A stretch of DNA of 64,000 nucleotides from Candidatus Hadarchaeota archaeon. GTDB taxonomy: Archaea; CAYQAE01; CAYVLA01. Below the pieces are notes generated by a model that was not told the DNA's origin, did not search any database, and saw nothing but the letters and a program-made list of their open reading frames with translations. The stretch is taken from positions 1 to 64,000 of the forward strand of contig CAZUNO010000008.1 of assembly GCA_964621445.1 (NCBI GenBank), written 5' to 3'. A program made the translations under genes and the position numbers. Shown here piece after piece: positions 1 to 9,864 of this stretch; position 1 is the first letter of the stretch, and each line of letters starts with the position of its first letter.

Positions 1-48
1 AGCATAGCTGCACTGTTCTGTATCGGCCTTCTCAAAAGAAGGAACTAG
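1..48 (+). CDS. 3' end of a gene running in from the left edge (hydrophobic segment plus basic tail)
   Basis: Frame 1 reads SIAALFCIGLLKRRN-stop and is followed by a T-rich tract. Confidence 0.5.
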   Translation, partial: SIAALFCIGLLKRRN

Positions 49-69
49 ATACGGAACGTTAAAGAGATA

Positions 70-98
70 TTTTCATTTTTTTCCTTTCTTTTTCTTTT
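70..98 (+). terminator. Oligo(T) archaeal terminator
   Basis: TTTTCATTTTTTTCCTTTCTTTTTCTTTT about 20 nt after the stop at 48. Confidence 0.6.
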
Positions 99-149
99 CG
101 TAAATGCTAACATTTTCAATTATCTTTGAGCACCCTAGTTCACCTAGAA

Positions 150-1310
150 ATGCCAACCAATGTTACCAGGGAATACGTTGAGGCACAGAAGAAGTATCAG
201 GAAGCCCGTACTCCCGAGGAAAAGGTCAAAGCCCTGGAACTCATGCTTTCCACCGTCCCCAAGCACAAGGGAGCCGAAAGACTCAGATACGAGCTGAAGA
301 AGAACCTGGCTAAAAGGAAAAGGGAACTTGAATCAATCTCGGCCAAGAAGGTAACCAGCAAATCCGATTTCTATGTCCCCAAGGAGGGAATTGCACAGGT
401 GGCCTTAATCGGTCCCCCAAACTCTGGAAAGTCATCTATTCTCAACAGGCTGACTAACTCGGAAGTCAAAGTGGCCAGGTATCCGTTCACCACAACTACC
501 CCGAACCCGGGTATGGTAGAATTTGAGGACGTGCAGATACAGATCGTTGAGATGCCGGCCCTGGTGGAGGATATTTCCAAGGGAAAGTGGCAGGGAGCCG
601 AGATGCTGTCCATGATAAGAACCGCAGATGCCATGATGATAGCTTTGGATCTAGGTGACAGACCGGTGAAAAATATGGAGATGGTCCTGGATGAACTGAG
701 AACCTCCGGTCTCCGCCTAAACCGCACTCGACCCCAGGTGATAATAGAACGGAAGGAGAGAGGGGGAATAGAGATAGAGGGAGATTTGGCAAAGTCCGAT
801 CGTTCATTTCTAATAAAACTACTTCAGAATCACGGTTATCATAACGCGCATGTGATAATCCAGCAGCAGATAAGCAGACAGGATTTGGAGGACGCCTTGC
901 AGGAATCACTAGTTTATCGTAGAGCCCTGATAGTCGCTAACAAAGGAGATCTATCAGGCACTGAGGCGGCCTATCAAAGACTGAAAGGGGGGTTTGGCGG
1001 GGATTTTGATATCTATCCCATTTCTGCCCGTAAAAAAATTGGGCTCCAGGATCTATCCCAAGCTCTTTTCGACCTTCTTTCGGTAATTAGGATATATACC
1101 AAAGCACCTGGGGAGGACCCCGAAAGGGAACCACTAGTTTTGGGTCGGGGCTCGGTGGTTCGCGATGTTGCCAAGAGCCTTCACAGGAGATTCGTCGTTA
1201 ACTTCCGATTTGCCCGGGTATGGGGGTCATCGGTAAATTTTGGTGGAGAGATGGTGGGACTGGACCACGTACTCGAGGACGGGGATACCGTGGAGGTCCA
1301 TGCGAGGTGA
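150..1310 (+). CDS. DRG/OBG-family GTPase with C-terminal TGS domain
   Basis: PKHKGAE N-terminal motif, GPPNSGKS, YPFTT, NKGD, and TGS tail VGLDHVLEDGDTV; ATG 150 preferred over TTG 126. Confidence 0.92.
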   Translation: MPTNVTREYVEAQKKYQEARTPEEKVKALELMLSTVPKHKGAERLRYELKKNLAKRKRELESISAKKVTSKSDFYVPKEGIAQVALIGPPNSGKSSILNRLTNSEVKVARYPFTTTTPNPGMVEFEDVQIQIVEMPALVEDISKGKWQGAEMLSMIRTADAMMIALDLGDRPVKNMEMVLDELRTSGLRLNRTRPQVIIERKERGGIEIEGDLAKSDRSFLIKLLQNHGYHNAHVIIQQQISRQDLEDALQESLVYRRALIVANKGDLSGTEAAYQRLKGGFGGDFDIYPISARKKIGLQDLSQALFDLLSVIRIYTKAPGEDPEREPLVLGRGSVVRDVAKSLHRRFVVNFRFARVWGSSVNFGGEMVGLDHVLEDGDTVEVHAR

Positions 1311-1314
1311 TGGA

Positions 1315-2025
1315 ATGGATAGAATGGACTCGGTCTGGGTCGCCTTCATCGAACCCGAAACTCCGGGCAATATAGGTTTCCTGGCCAGGACCATGAAGAA
1401 CTTCGGGTTGAGAAAGCTAATTCTCGTCGGAGGCTGTGAGATGGCGGAGGAAACCTGGACCTTTTCCATGCATGCCAAGGACGTGCTGAAAGGGGCGAAG
1501 AGAATGACCTGGAGAGAACTCTTGGACAGGGATTTTGATTTTAAGATAGGGACCACCTGTCGACAGGGAAATGATCATAACCTGGCAAGGGTGGCCATAG
1601 ACCCCCAGAGTCTGGGCCAGTCCCTGAGGGACATTGAGGGAAATGTCTGTATCCTCCTAGGGAGGGAGGGAAATGGATTGAGCCTAGAAGAGATCGAGCT
1701 CTGTGATATCGTGGTCAAAATACCTTCCTCTCCTGATTATCCCCCTCTTAACGTAACTCACGCGGCCGCGGTGATTTTCTACGAAGCCTTTAGGCATGTA
1801 TCAGAGCCTGGGATGCGAGGGATGAGAGAGGCCAGCGCAGAGGAAAAGCGGGTTCTTCTGGATACCGTGGATGGAATCATAGCCTCCAGTGGGCTCCCCA
1901 AACATAGAAAGCGCATGAGCAGCCTCGTCTTCAGGAGGGTGGTGAATAGGGCCTTTATCTCCGGGAGAGAGTGTCACACCTTGATAGGGTTGATTAAATC
2001 TATCTCGGAAAGTCGGGGGGATTGA
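1315..2025 (+). CDS. trmJ: SPOUT RNA methyltransferase, TrmJ/LasT family (tRNA 2'-O-methylation at position 32)
   Basis: [34 protein letters not shown] motifs. Confidence 0.85.
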   Translation: MDRMDSVWVAFIEPETPGNIGFLARTMKNFGLRKLILVGGCEMAEETWTFSMHAKDVLKGAKRMTWRELLDRDFDFKIGTTCRQGNDHNLARVAIDPQSLGQSLRDIEGNVCILLGREGNGLSLEEIELCDIVVKIPSSPDYPPLNVTHAAAVIFYEAFRHVSEPGMRGMREASAEEKRVLLDTVDGIIASSGLPKHRKRMSSLVFRRVVNRAFISGRECHTLIGLIKSISESRGD

Positions 2026-2464
2026 ACCTTACGACTTCAACCTCTGCCTGTTTCAGGTATTTCAGCGAATCCTCGTCCGGATAGTGCTGACAGAAGACGA
2101 CCCGTACTATACCCGCGTTGATGATCATCTTGGTACAAAGTATGCAGGGTTGATGCGTGCAGTAAAGGGTAGCTCCCTCCGTGCTGGCCCCATGGAGGGC
2201 ACATTGGATTATGGCATTCTGTTCGGCGTGAACCGCTCTGCACACCTCGTGGCGGGTACCCGATTTTATGTGCCTCTCCTCCCTCAGGCAACCTATATCC
2301 AGGCAGTGAGGCAGGCCCTTAGGGGCCCCGTTGTATCCGGTGGAGAGTATGCGCTTATCCTTTACAACAAGGGCGCCGACCTTTTGCCTCAGGCAGGTAG
2401 AGCGCTTGGCCACCACGCGGGCTATTTCCATGAAATATTGGTCCAGGTGTGGTCTTTGGGCCAT
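2000..2464 (-). CDS. dCMP deaminase (cytidine/deoxycytidylate deaminase family)
   Basis: [21 protein letters not shown] and PCILC zinc motifs; ATG 2464 fits a leaderless promoter. Confidence 0.9.
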   Translation of the reverse strand: MAQRPHLDQYFMEIARVVAKRSTCLRQKVGALVVKDKRILSTGYNGAPKGLPHCLDIGCLREERHIKSGTRHEVCRAVHAEQNAIIQCALHGASTEGATLYCTHQPCILCTKMIINAGIVRVVFCQHYPDEDSLKYLKQAEVEVVRFNPPDFPR

Positions 2465-2487
2465 CTCTGGTTTGAAGTGCAAGTAGC

Positions 2488-2508
2488 AATATAAATAGTA
2501 GTTTTCGG
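2488..2508 (-). promoter_or_regulatory. BRE-TATA promoter of dCMP deaminase, probably leaderless
   Basis: Minus strand CCGAAAA...TTTATATT ends 24 nt before ATG 2464. Confidence 0.55.
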
Positions 2509-2588
2509 TCCTTTGGAAATGGGTGGTTCATTGTGGCGATGGTCGGGGATAGATTCTTAATCAAGGGCTGCCCGTTTGTATATGAATT

Positions 2589-3545
2589 GTGATGGGAGGA
2601 GTGTTGGATCTTTCCCGGACCAGCAACGCAATCCTGGAGAATGTGGGCCAGGTCATACTGGGGAAGAGAAAGGTGGCCAAGCTTCTCCTGTCTACACTAC
2701 TGGCCGGAGGCCATGCGCTTCTAGAGGACGTCCCCGGGACCGGCAAGACCATGATGGCAAGGGCCTTTGCCAAGTCCATGAAAAGTAGCTTCAGGAGGAT
2801 ACAGTTCACCCCGGACCTCCTCCCCTCGGACATCATTGGGGTAAATATCTATAATCAGAAGACCTCCGAGTTCGAGTTCAAGCCAGGGCCAATCTTTGCC
2901 AGCGTGGTTCTGGCCGATGAGATAAACAGGGCATCCCCAAAAGTGCAGTCGAGCCTCCTCGAATGTATGGAGGAGGGGCAGATAACCGTGGACGGGGTGG
3001 CCCATCAGTTACCTGAAATCTTTTTCGTCCTGGCCACTGAGAATCCTGTGGATCAAGAGGGGACATATCCCCTGCCGGAGTCTCAAAAGGATCGCTTCAT
3101 GGTGAGGCTTAGGATGGGTTATCCTGACCGCTTCCAAGAGCGGGAGATGATCCGTCTCCATAGGGAGGATCATCCAATAAGGTGTATTAGCAGCGTATCC
3201 ACATCCGAGGAAATAATTGGGTTGAAGAAAAGGCTCCGAGAAATCAGGCTTGATGAAACGGTGGAGGAGTACATCGTTGAGCTGGTCAATTCCACCAGGG
3301 AATCAAAGGATCTGTTGCTGGGAGCCAGTCCGCGGGCCACCCTTGCCCTGTTCAAGATGTCTCGGGCCATGGCTGCCCTGGATGGGAGGTCCTATGTTCT
3401 TCCGGACGACGTAAAGCAGCTTGCACCCTGTGTCCTGGCTCACAGATTGGTAGTCGATCCAGTTTCCCGTATGAATGGCCTTTCTGCGGAGGATATCGTT
3501 GAGGACCTGATGGGAAAGGTGTCAGTTTCTCTGCCCGAGGGCTAG
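2589..3545 (+). CDS. moxR: MoxR-family AAA+ ATPase
   Basis: LEDVPGTGKT, RIQFTPDLLPSD, LADEINRASPKVQSSLLE, GTYPLPE. Confidence 0.95.
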   Translation: MMGGVLDLSRTSNAILENVGQVILGKRKVAKLLLSTLLAGGHALLEDVPGTGKTMMARAFAKSMKSSFRRIQFTPDLLPSDIIGVNIYNQKTSEFEFKPGPIFASVVLADEINRASPKVQSSLLECMEEGQITVDGVAHQLPEIFFVLATENPVDQEGTYPLPESQKDRFMVRLRMGYPDRFQEREMIRLHREDHPIRCISSVSTSEEIIGLKKRLREIRLDETVEEYIVELVNSTRESKDLLLGASPRATLALFKMSRAMAALDGRSYVLPDDVKQLAPCVLAHRLVVDPVSRMNGLSAEDIVEDLMGKVSVSLPEG

Positions 3546-3553
3546 GTTTCAAT

Positions 3554-4702
3554 ATGCTGACAAAGAGAGGTTGGTTTGCTCTAGGACTCACGGCCCTTTT
3601 GTATATCCTGGCCGATGTCTTACAACTGAGGGCCCTTTATACCATCTTTGCTGCTATGTCTCTATGCATTCTCATTTCCTATCTCCAGGTCAGGATAACT
3701 CCGTCCAGACTTTTCTTCTCCAGGTCCATTGCCAGACGAACTCTAATTGAGGGGGAGGAGGTTTCCGCCGAGTTACGGGTGAGGGTTGGAGGCAGAATTT
3801 CCGGTGTTCCCATAGGGATCGATGATTATTCGCCCCCCGAGGTAGAGGTTTTTGGTATAAACGTATCATCAATAGTTCCTGGCGGGATCATATCAAGTTA
3901 TAGGATCCGACCCACCAGAAGGGGTATCTATGAGTTGGGTCCATCCATGGTTAAGGTTTCTGATATCTTCGGTTTCCTGGAGATGGTTCACCAGTTGGGA
4001 GAAACCGATATCATAACCGTGTATCCCAGATATGAAGCCACGAATCTGCCAGGACTTGACACCAGCACCGGAGCAATTGGCACCACCACGGCGGAAAGCA
4101 AAGGAACCTCTCCGGATTTTCTCAGGATAAGGGAGTATCAACCGGGAGACGAGGTCAAGGTAATTCACTGGAAATCATCGGCCAAGCGGGGAAAGTTGAT
4201 GGTACGGGAACTGGAGAGGGAGGAGGCCAGGAGTGCAAATATCGTGATGGACTGCCGCCAGCGGTCCTATCCAGCCGGGGATGAGGCCTTTGAAACTGCG
4301 GTCAGAATAGCGGCCTCGCTCGCCGTTTCCATATTGAACGAGGATATAGAGGTCGGTCTCATCCTCAACGATAGCAGACGTCAGTTCGTTTTCAAGGACA
4401 GAGGGCCGGTCCAATACCACAGAATCCTATCGAGTCTGGCATCGGTTAGTCCAGATGGCAAGTTGCCCTTGGATCGGATCTTGGATAATATCGGGGATGG
4501 AAAGCGGGGCAATGGAAACATGATCGTTGTTACCGGAAGGGCGAGTCGAGGTGATGCCCTGTCCCTAATCCGGGGTGCGGGGACCGGGAGATCATATCTA
4601 GTTCTAACCAGTCAGGGTCAGGCCCCTTCTCTGAAATCTTTGGGACGGGAAGTCAAGATAGGGGTGCCGGCGAGTGGTGGCGGTGGTATTCTATGGGGGT
4701 GA
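3554..4702 (+). CDS. DUF58 domain membrane protein (MoxR partner)
   Basis: Two N-terminal TM helices; IREYQPGDEVKVIHWKSSAK signature. Confidence 0.9.
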   Translation: MLTKRGWFALGLTALLYILADVLQLRALYTIFAAMSLCILISYLQVRITPSRLFFSRSIARRTLIEGEEVSAELRVRVGGRISGVPIGIDDYSPPEVEVFGINVSSIVPGGIISSYRIRPTRRGIYELGPSMVKVSDIFGFLEMVHQLGETDIITVYPRYEATNLPGLDTSTGAIGTTTAESKGTSPDFLRIREYQPGDEVKVIHWKSSAKRGKLMVRELEREEARSANIVMDCRQRSYPAGDEAFETAVRIAASLAVSILNEDIEVGLILNDSRRQFVFKDRGPVQYHRILSSLASVSPDGKLPLDRILDNIGDGKRGNGNMIVVTGRASRGDALSLIRGAGTGRSYLVLTSQGQAPSLKSLGREVKIGVPASGGGGILWG

Positions 4703-7470
4703 CGGGGGCCAGAGGTCGGGGAAGGATCGAGGGGCTTTTTCATTTTCCCCTGCTTCTCATGGCCGTCATACTCATCTCCCTATTCTCACTATCGACCATT
4801 CCGGACGTGGTTGGCTGGGAATATGCCGTGGTGCTGGTTGCCCTTTCTGGGCTGGCAAATCTCATGATATCCCCGGAGACCAATCACTTCAGAATTTCCG
4901 GGGAGATAAAGCGAACCCTGCTAGTATTCATGGCCATACAGGTGGTGCTGGGTCTTTTCATCGGTGTCAAAACCCTGCAGAGGATTGATGAAATCAACGA
5001 GCAGATCTGGGAGCCGGCCGAGTTCTCCTGGTCAGAGAAATTTGATGAGTTTCTAAAATTGACCATTGGCGTTTCCGAAAGTGGTAGTCTATTGCCCACG
5101 GCCGCCTGGACCATTTCCTTCCATGGGGTTTTCCTATCATCGCTCTTCTCGGCCTCCTATCTCACATCGATTCCCTCCGTGGGCCTGGTTGTTGCTGGAT
5201 TACTCTGGACCGGGGAATCTCAGCCTGGTTTTTTGGATTTCCTATTAGTAGTATCCATCATAGCCGCAATTGGGCTGGAGGGAATCTTATCCAGCATCAA
5301 GAAGGCCTCGGGGAGTATCGCCCCGGCAGTTTTCCTGGGTAAGAGGAGGGAGTTGGCGCTACTGAGCCTGGCGTTGGTAATTTTGGCCTTCATTACCCCC
5401 GATTTGAGGGGAGTGACCCCCATAGAGGAATTCTGGGATATTAGCTCCCCCATGGGGGGATCGGCGGCCCGAGGGAGGCTAAGGTTTTCCACCCACTACT
5501 CCTTCATCGGGAAATTGAGGGTGGACCCCAGTCCCGCATTCCTGGTGAGCTCGAAGGAGCCCCACTTGTGGAGAGGTCTGGTCTTTGACAGATATACGGG
5601 CAGGGAATTCCTGGTGGAGAATCTCACAAAAACCATTTATTCCGAGGACCAGGGTCTACCGCCTCTTTACCAGGGCCCCCCGGAGGACGAGAAATTGGTC
5701 ACTCACGATTATCTCCTATTGACCCCCTTACCGGGCGTGGTCCTCCATGCATACGAACCTAGATCAGTAAAGGGCCTGAGGTCCTTCGGGGTAACTGAAT
5801 CCCGAATGATTACCACCCAGGGGTCCAGTCCAGAGGGTCTGAGCTACCAGGTATCCTCGGCAATCATCAGCTCCAGCCCCTCCTCGTTAAGGTCCGAGCC
5901 ACGTATCGAGTCGCCCGATCCAAGATATGTACAGGTTCCAGTGTCGGTGCCAGCACGGGTTGGGTCCCTTGCCCAGAACATAACTCGCGGGAAAAACGGT
6001 TTCTTTGAACAGGTGCTATCCATCGCTCGCTATCTGAGGAATATGAGATACGATCTTTCCGTTTCCAGCATACCCCCGGGAAGAGATGCTGTGGACTATT
6101 TTCTCTTTGAATCCCAGCGCGGGTACTGCCAACACTTCGCTGCGGCCATGGTAGTTCTCTGTAGGGAGTTGGGAGTACCGGCCAGGGCCGTGTCGGGGTT
6201 TGGTTCCGGGTCCTTCGATCCGGAAACTGGGATGTATAGAGTTCTTCAACTTCATAGCCATACCTGGGTCGAGGTCAGGTTCCAAAACTATGGTTGGGTG
6301 GCTTTTGATCCAACGCCGGGCGGAGTAGGGGGACCTCCGGTGCCGGATGCCGTGGAATCCCGGACAATTCTAGATGGAGTTATGCCCTATTACGGAGATA
6401 TCCAGAAGCAAGATACAGAGGTCTTTGTGACCGATGCCCCGGAGTACATATCGCCGGACACCGCTTTTCGGATATTGGGAAGGGTTGTAAACAGGGAAAG
6501 CGGAGCTGGTATTCCCGGAATCGGCCTCAACGTAACCCTAAACACCACCGATGTGGATGAATTTCCCACAATGGTGAACCCCAAAAAGGGACTTGATATC
6601 TCCATGTTGGACACGAGAACCAGTTCTGACGGTGATTTCTCGGCCCTTTGCATGCTTCCTCCATATATATCTACACGGCTATCAGAGGCGGAAATACTGA
6701 TAGTCTGTACGGGAGACGAATTCAACTCCCAGTCGAGCATAAGCTTACGGATTCCGGTAAGAAGCAGGACCGTGCTCTCCCTGGATATCCTCGGGGACCA
6801 AACTCCCTTGGTGATAGTATCCCTAACCGGGCCTCGGGGACCCCTCGCCAACCAGGAAGTGAAAATAATGCTCGATGGCGAGGACATCCATGTCGGCTTG
6901 ACCAATGAGAGCGGGGTTATGACCTTCCTCCTACCGCCGGATTCGGAGGGGCTGCTGACCGCCAAGTTTCAGGGGAATGGGACCCTGGGAGCGTCGTACG
7001 ACTCGTTCAACCTAGATGCCTATGCAGTTGATGGGGGAGAGGGTTCCCCGGGGGGAAATTGGTGGTGGGTCCTCTCCATTCTCCTTTCGATAACGCTCGT
7101 ATCCCTATTTTTCATATCCAGAATCCGGGGCGGGTATGGCAATTACTCGATATCCGACATCTATAAAGGGATGCTGAAGGACCTCCGAAGCGCGGGTTAT
7201 TCGAGGAGAGAAAGCATGACCCCTCACGAATTTGCCCTTTGGTTGGAGGAAAGGGGTGTACCCTGCTATAAAGAGATTCGTGATCTGACGGAGAAATACG
7301 TGCACGCCACTTATGCAGGGGGGTCCATGACTGGAGAGGAAATTGAGGAAGCAAGGATAGCCGTAGAAAGGATACGAAACCGGCTTCATGTGTCCAGGGT
7401 CTCGATCCAGAACATGAACAGGTTATTTTGGTCCCTTAAATCCAGCATCGGAAACCAATTCCAGATTTAG
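4693..7470 (+). CDS. TgpA-like membrane transglutaminase-family protein (DUF3488, TGase core, beta-rich domains, DUF4129)
   Basis: Multi-TM N-terminus; GYCQHFA, HSHTWVEV, FDPTP catalytic triad; C-terminal TM and MTPHEF...YVHATY. Confidence 0.88.
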   Translation: MGVTGARGRGRIEGLFHFPLLLMAVILISLFSLSTIPDVVGWEYAVVLVALSGLANLMISPETNHFRISGEIKRTLLVFMAIQVVLGLFIGVKTLQRIDEINEQIWEPAEFSWSEKFDEFLKLTIGVSESGSLLPTAAWTISFHGVFLSSLFSASYLTSIPSVGLVVAGLLWTGESQPGFLDFLLVVSIIAAIGLEGILSSIKKASGSIAPAVFLGKRRELALLSLALVILAFITPDLRGVTPIEEFWDISSPMGGSAARGRLRFSTHYSFIGKLRVDPSPAFLVSSKEPHLWRGLVFDRYTGREFLVENLTKTIYSEDQGLPPLYQGPPEDEKLVTHDYLLLTPLPGVVLHAYEPRSVKGLRSFGVTESRMITTQGSSPEGLSYQVSSAIISSSPSSLRSEPRIESPDPRYVQVPVSVPARVGSLAQNITRGKNGFFEQVLSIARYLRNMRYDLSVSSIPPGRDAVDYFLFESQRGYCQHFAAAMVVLCRELGVPARAVSGFGSGSFDPETGMYRVLQLHSHTWVEVRFQNYGWVAFDPTPGGVGGPPVPDAVESRTILDGVMPYYGDIQKQDTEVFVTDAPEYISPDTAFRILGRVVNRESGAGIPGIGLNVTLNTTDVDEFPTMVNPKKGLDISMLDTRTSSDGDFSALCMLPPYISTRLSEAEILIVCTGDEFNSQSSISLRIPVRSRTVLSLDILGDQTPLVIVSLTGPRGPLANQEVKIMLDGEDIHVGLTNESGVMTFLLPPDSEGLLTAKFQGNGTLGASYDSFNLDAYAVDGGEGSPGGNWWWVLSILLSITLVSLFFISRIRGGYGNYSISDIYKGMLKDLRSAGYSRRESMTPHEFALWLEERGVPCYKEIRDLTEKYVHATYAGGSMTGEEIEEARIAVERIRNRLHVSRVSIQNMNRLFWSLKSSIGNQFQI

Positions 7471-7880
7471 GACAGGTCCTTGGTAGATTTAGGGTCCAAC
7501 ACCCAGGAGTCATCGATCAAATCCGCCTGAATGGACTTGTCTTCCGTCCCCCCTGGGTGCTGGTCAACCACCAGGCCGTGCTTCTTGACCCTTACCGTCT
7601 TGTTTATGGTGAAGAAGAGGGTGATGGTGGTCATGCTATTCCCGATTTCCCAGTTTGTGACGTTTACCTCATTATAGGTGTATATCTTGTGGGTCAGGTT
7701 ACCCTTTATATCCACCTGGCCAAACCGGGACGTTACCTGGCTCTCCAGTGATCTGACCACCGTGGCCAACTTGGTTTTCGCCTGCCTCTTCGTCAGTTCG
7801 TCCTGGGTGGGGATCATGAGATACCATGAGGACATAATCACCACCAGAACTACGGCGTAGGCCAGAACAATTTTCTTCAT
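7467..7880 (-). CDS. Hypothetical single-pass membrane-anchored protein
   Basis: ATG with GAGGA SD; N-terminal hydrophobic helix; lies 9 nt after oppF. Confidence 0.7.
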   Translation of the reverse strand: MKKIVLAYAVVLVVIMSSWYLMIPTQDELTKRQAKTKLATVVRSLESQVTSRFGQVDIKGNLTHKIYTYNEVNVTNWEIGNSMTTITLFFTINKTVRVKKHGLVVDQHPGGTEDKSIQADLIDDSWVLDPKSTKDLS

Positions 7881-7889
7881 GTTATCCTC

Positions 7890-8885
7890 TCATGTGAATT
7901 CAAGGTCTGGAAAATGACACTTCACCCTGTGTCCCCTCCCCGCAGTGTACTCCTTGGGCTCCTGCTCTGAGCAGATAGATTTGGCGAAGGGGCATCTCGT
8001 GTGGAAGCGGCATCCCGATGGTGGGTTTATGGCGCTGGGAACGCTACCCTCAAGTACAATGTGCTCCCTTTTCCTGGAGGGATCTGGCAGGGGGATTGAT
8101 GAGAGTAGGGCACGGGTATAGGGATGCCTGGCGTTTTGAAAGACCTCCTCAATTTCTCCCGTCTCCATGATCTGTCCCAGGTACATGACCGCGACCTTGT
8201 CGCACATATGACGTATCACGCTGAGGTCGTGTGAGATGAACAGGTAGCTCATGTTATGTTTCTTTTGCAGCGCAAGTAAAAGATTCAAAATCTGGGCCTG
8301 GACGGAAACATCAAGAGATGAAGTCGGTTCATCCAGGATAACGAGTCTGGGATTCACTGCCAGTGCTCTCGCCACCCCTATTCTCTGTCTCTGGCCTCCG
8401 CTGAATTCATGCGGGTATCGTTGTGCGTGTTCCGGGTTAAGGCCCACATCCTTCAGCAGTTCAAGGATTCTAATCTCCAAACGCTCTCCTTTAAGGCCCT
8501 CCAGTATCTGGAGCGGCTCGGCTATGGTGTCCCTAACCGTCCTTCTGGGATTGAGCGATGACTGCGGGTCCTGGAACACGATCTGCATGTTTCTCCGCAT
8601 CTTGCGAAGCTGTTTCTTTCCCAATTTGGCTATATCGACCTGTTCCCCGTCTATCTTGAACATGACCTGTCCCTTTGTGGGGTCCAGAAGCCTGATTAAG
8701 GTTCGACCCACCGTGGTTTTGCCACATCCGGACTCGCCGACCAAACCCAGAATCTCTTCACGCCCGATCTGAAATGATATATCATCCACTGCATGAACGT
8801 AGGTGATATCCCTTCGAATAAGACCTTGAGCTATCGAAAAGTACTTTCTGAGATCGATGGCTTTGAGCAGGAAATCATCTTCCAA
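7890..8885 (-). CDS. oppF: Oligopeptide/dipeptide ABC transporter ATP-binding subunit
   Basis: GESGCGKT, FSGGQRQR, DEPT, HPYT and GCRFHTRC C-terminal motif. Confidence 0.93.
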   Translation of the reverse strand: MEDDFLLKAIDLRKYFSIAQGLIRRDITYVHAVDDISFQIGREEILGLVGESGCGKTTVGRTLIRLLDPTKGQVMFKIDGEQVDIAKLGKKQLRKMRRNMQIVFQDPQSSLNPRRTVRDTIAEPLQILEGLKGERLEIRILELLKDVGLNPEHAQRYPHEFSGGQRQRIGVARALAVNPRLVILDEPTSSLDVSVQAQILNLLLALQKKHNMSYLFISHDLSVIRHMCDKVAVMYLGQIMETGEIEEVFQNARHPYTRALLSSIPLPDPSRKREHIVLEGSVPSAINPPSGCRFHTRCPFAKSICSEQEPKEYTAGRGHRVKCHFPDLEFT

Positions 8886-8891
8886 GTTATC

Positions 8892-9848
8892 TCACCTGTG
8901 ACAAGCCACGTAATGGTCTTCCCCCACCCGAACCAGTTCCGGGCGCTGTCTTTTACAGACGCCCTTGGTGAAGGCGCAGCGGGGATGAAAACGGCAGCCG
9001 GTGGGGGGGTTGATAAGGTCTGGCACCGATCCGGGAATTATCCTAAGATCTTCCCTATCCACGTCTACCGATGGTATAGAGTCCAGAAGCCCCTGGGTGT
9101 AGGGGTGCTGCGGGTCATTGAAAAGTGTCCTCACATTTGCCATTTCCACTAGGGTTCCGGCATACATCACCGCGACCTTCTCGCACATCTCGGCTATCAC
9201 ACCCATGTCATGGGTGATCAGGAGCAAGGCGGTGTTCATCTTCTCGTTGAGGTCATCTATTAGGTCCAGAATCTGGGCCTCTATGGTGACGTCGAGTGCG
9301 GTGGTTGGTTCGTCAGCGATCAGTAACTTGGGTCTACAGGAGAGGGCCATGGCAATCATGCATCGCTGCCTCATTCCCCCGCTCAGTTCGTGGGGATATG
9401 AGTTGGCTACTCCCTCGGCATTTGGTATTCTTACTACATTCAACATCTCGATGGTTTTCTGTCTTGCCTCGATCGGTTCAAGTCCCTGATGAAGGATTAT
9501 GGCCTCGTCTATCTGGGAACCCACGGTGAACACCGGGTTAAGGGAGGTCATGGGGTCCTGGAATATCATGGATATGCTTCTTCCTCTGATCCTTCTCATT
9601 TCCTCGTTGGAGAGGTCGATCAAATTCCTGTCCTCAAAAAGTACCCTCCCTTCCATGATTCTGCCCGGCGGGTTAGGTACCAATCGCATTATGGAAAGCG
9701 CCGTGACGCTCTTTCCGCATCCGGACTCTCCGACAAGACCCATCTTCTGCCCGGGCTCGATATCGAAAGAAACCCCGTCTACGGCCTGGACGATGCCATC
9801 CTCGGTGAAGAAATGGGTCTTAAGGTCCTGAATATCCAGTAGTTTCAA
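8892..9848 (-). CDS. oppD: Oligopeptide/dipeptide ABC transporter ATP-binding subunit
   Basis: GESGCGKS, LSGGMRQR, ADEPTTALDV, HPYT. Confidence 0.93.
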   Translation of the reverse strand: MKLLDIQDLKTHFFTEDGIVQAVDGVSFDIEPGQKMGLVGESGCGKSVTALSIMRLVPNPPGRIMEGRVLFEDRNLIDLSNEEMRRIRGRSISMIFQDPMTSLNPVFTVGSQIDEAIILHQGLEPIEARQKTIEMLNVVRIPNAEGVANSYPHELSGGMRQRCMIAMALSCRPKLLIADEPTTALDVTIEAQILDLIDDLNEKMNTALLLITHDMGVIAEMCEKVAVMYAGTLVEMANVRTLFNDPQHPYTQGLLDSIPSVDVDREDLRIIPGSVPDLINPPTGCRFHPRCAFTKGVCKRQRPELVRVGEDHYVACHR

Positions 9849-9864
9849 TCCTTTAGCCTCCGTA

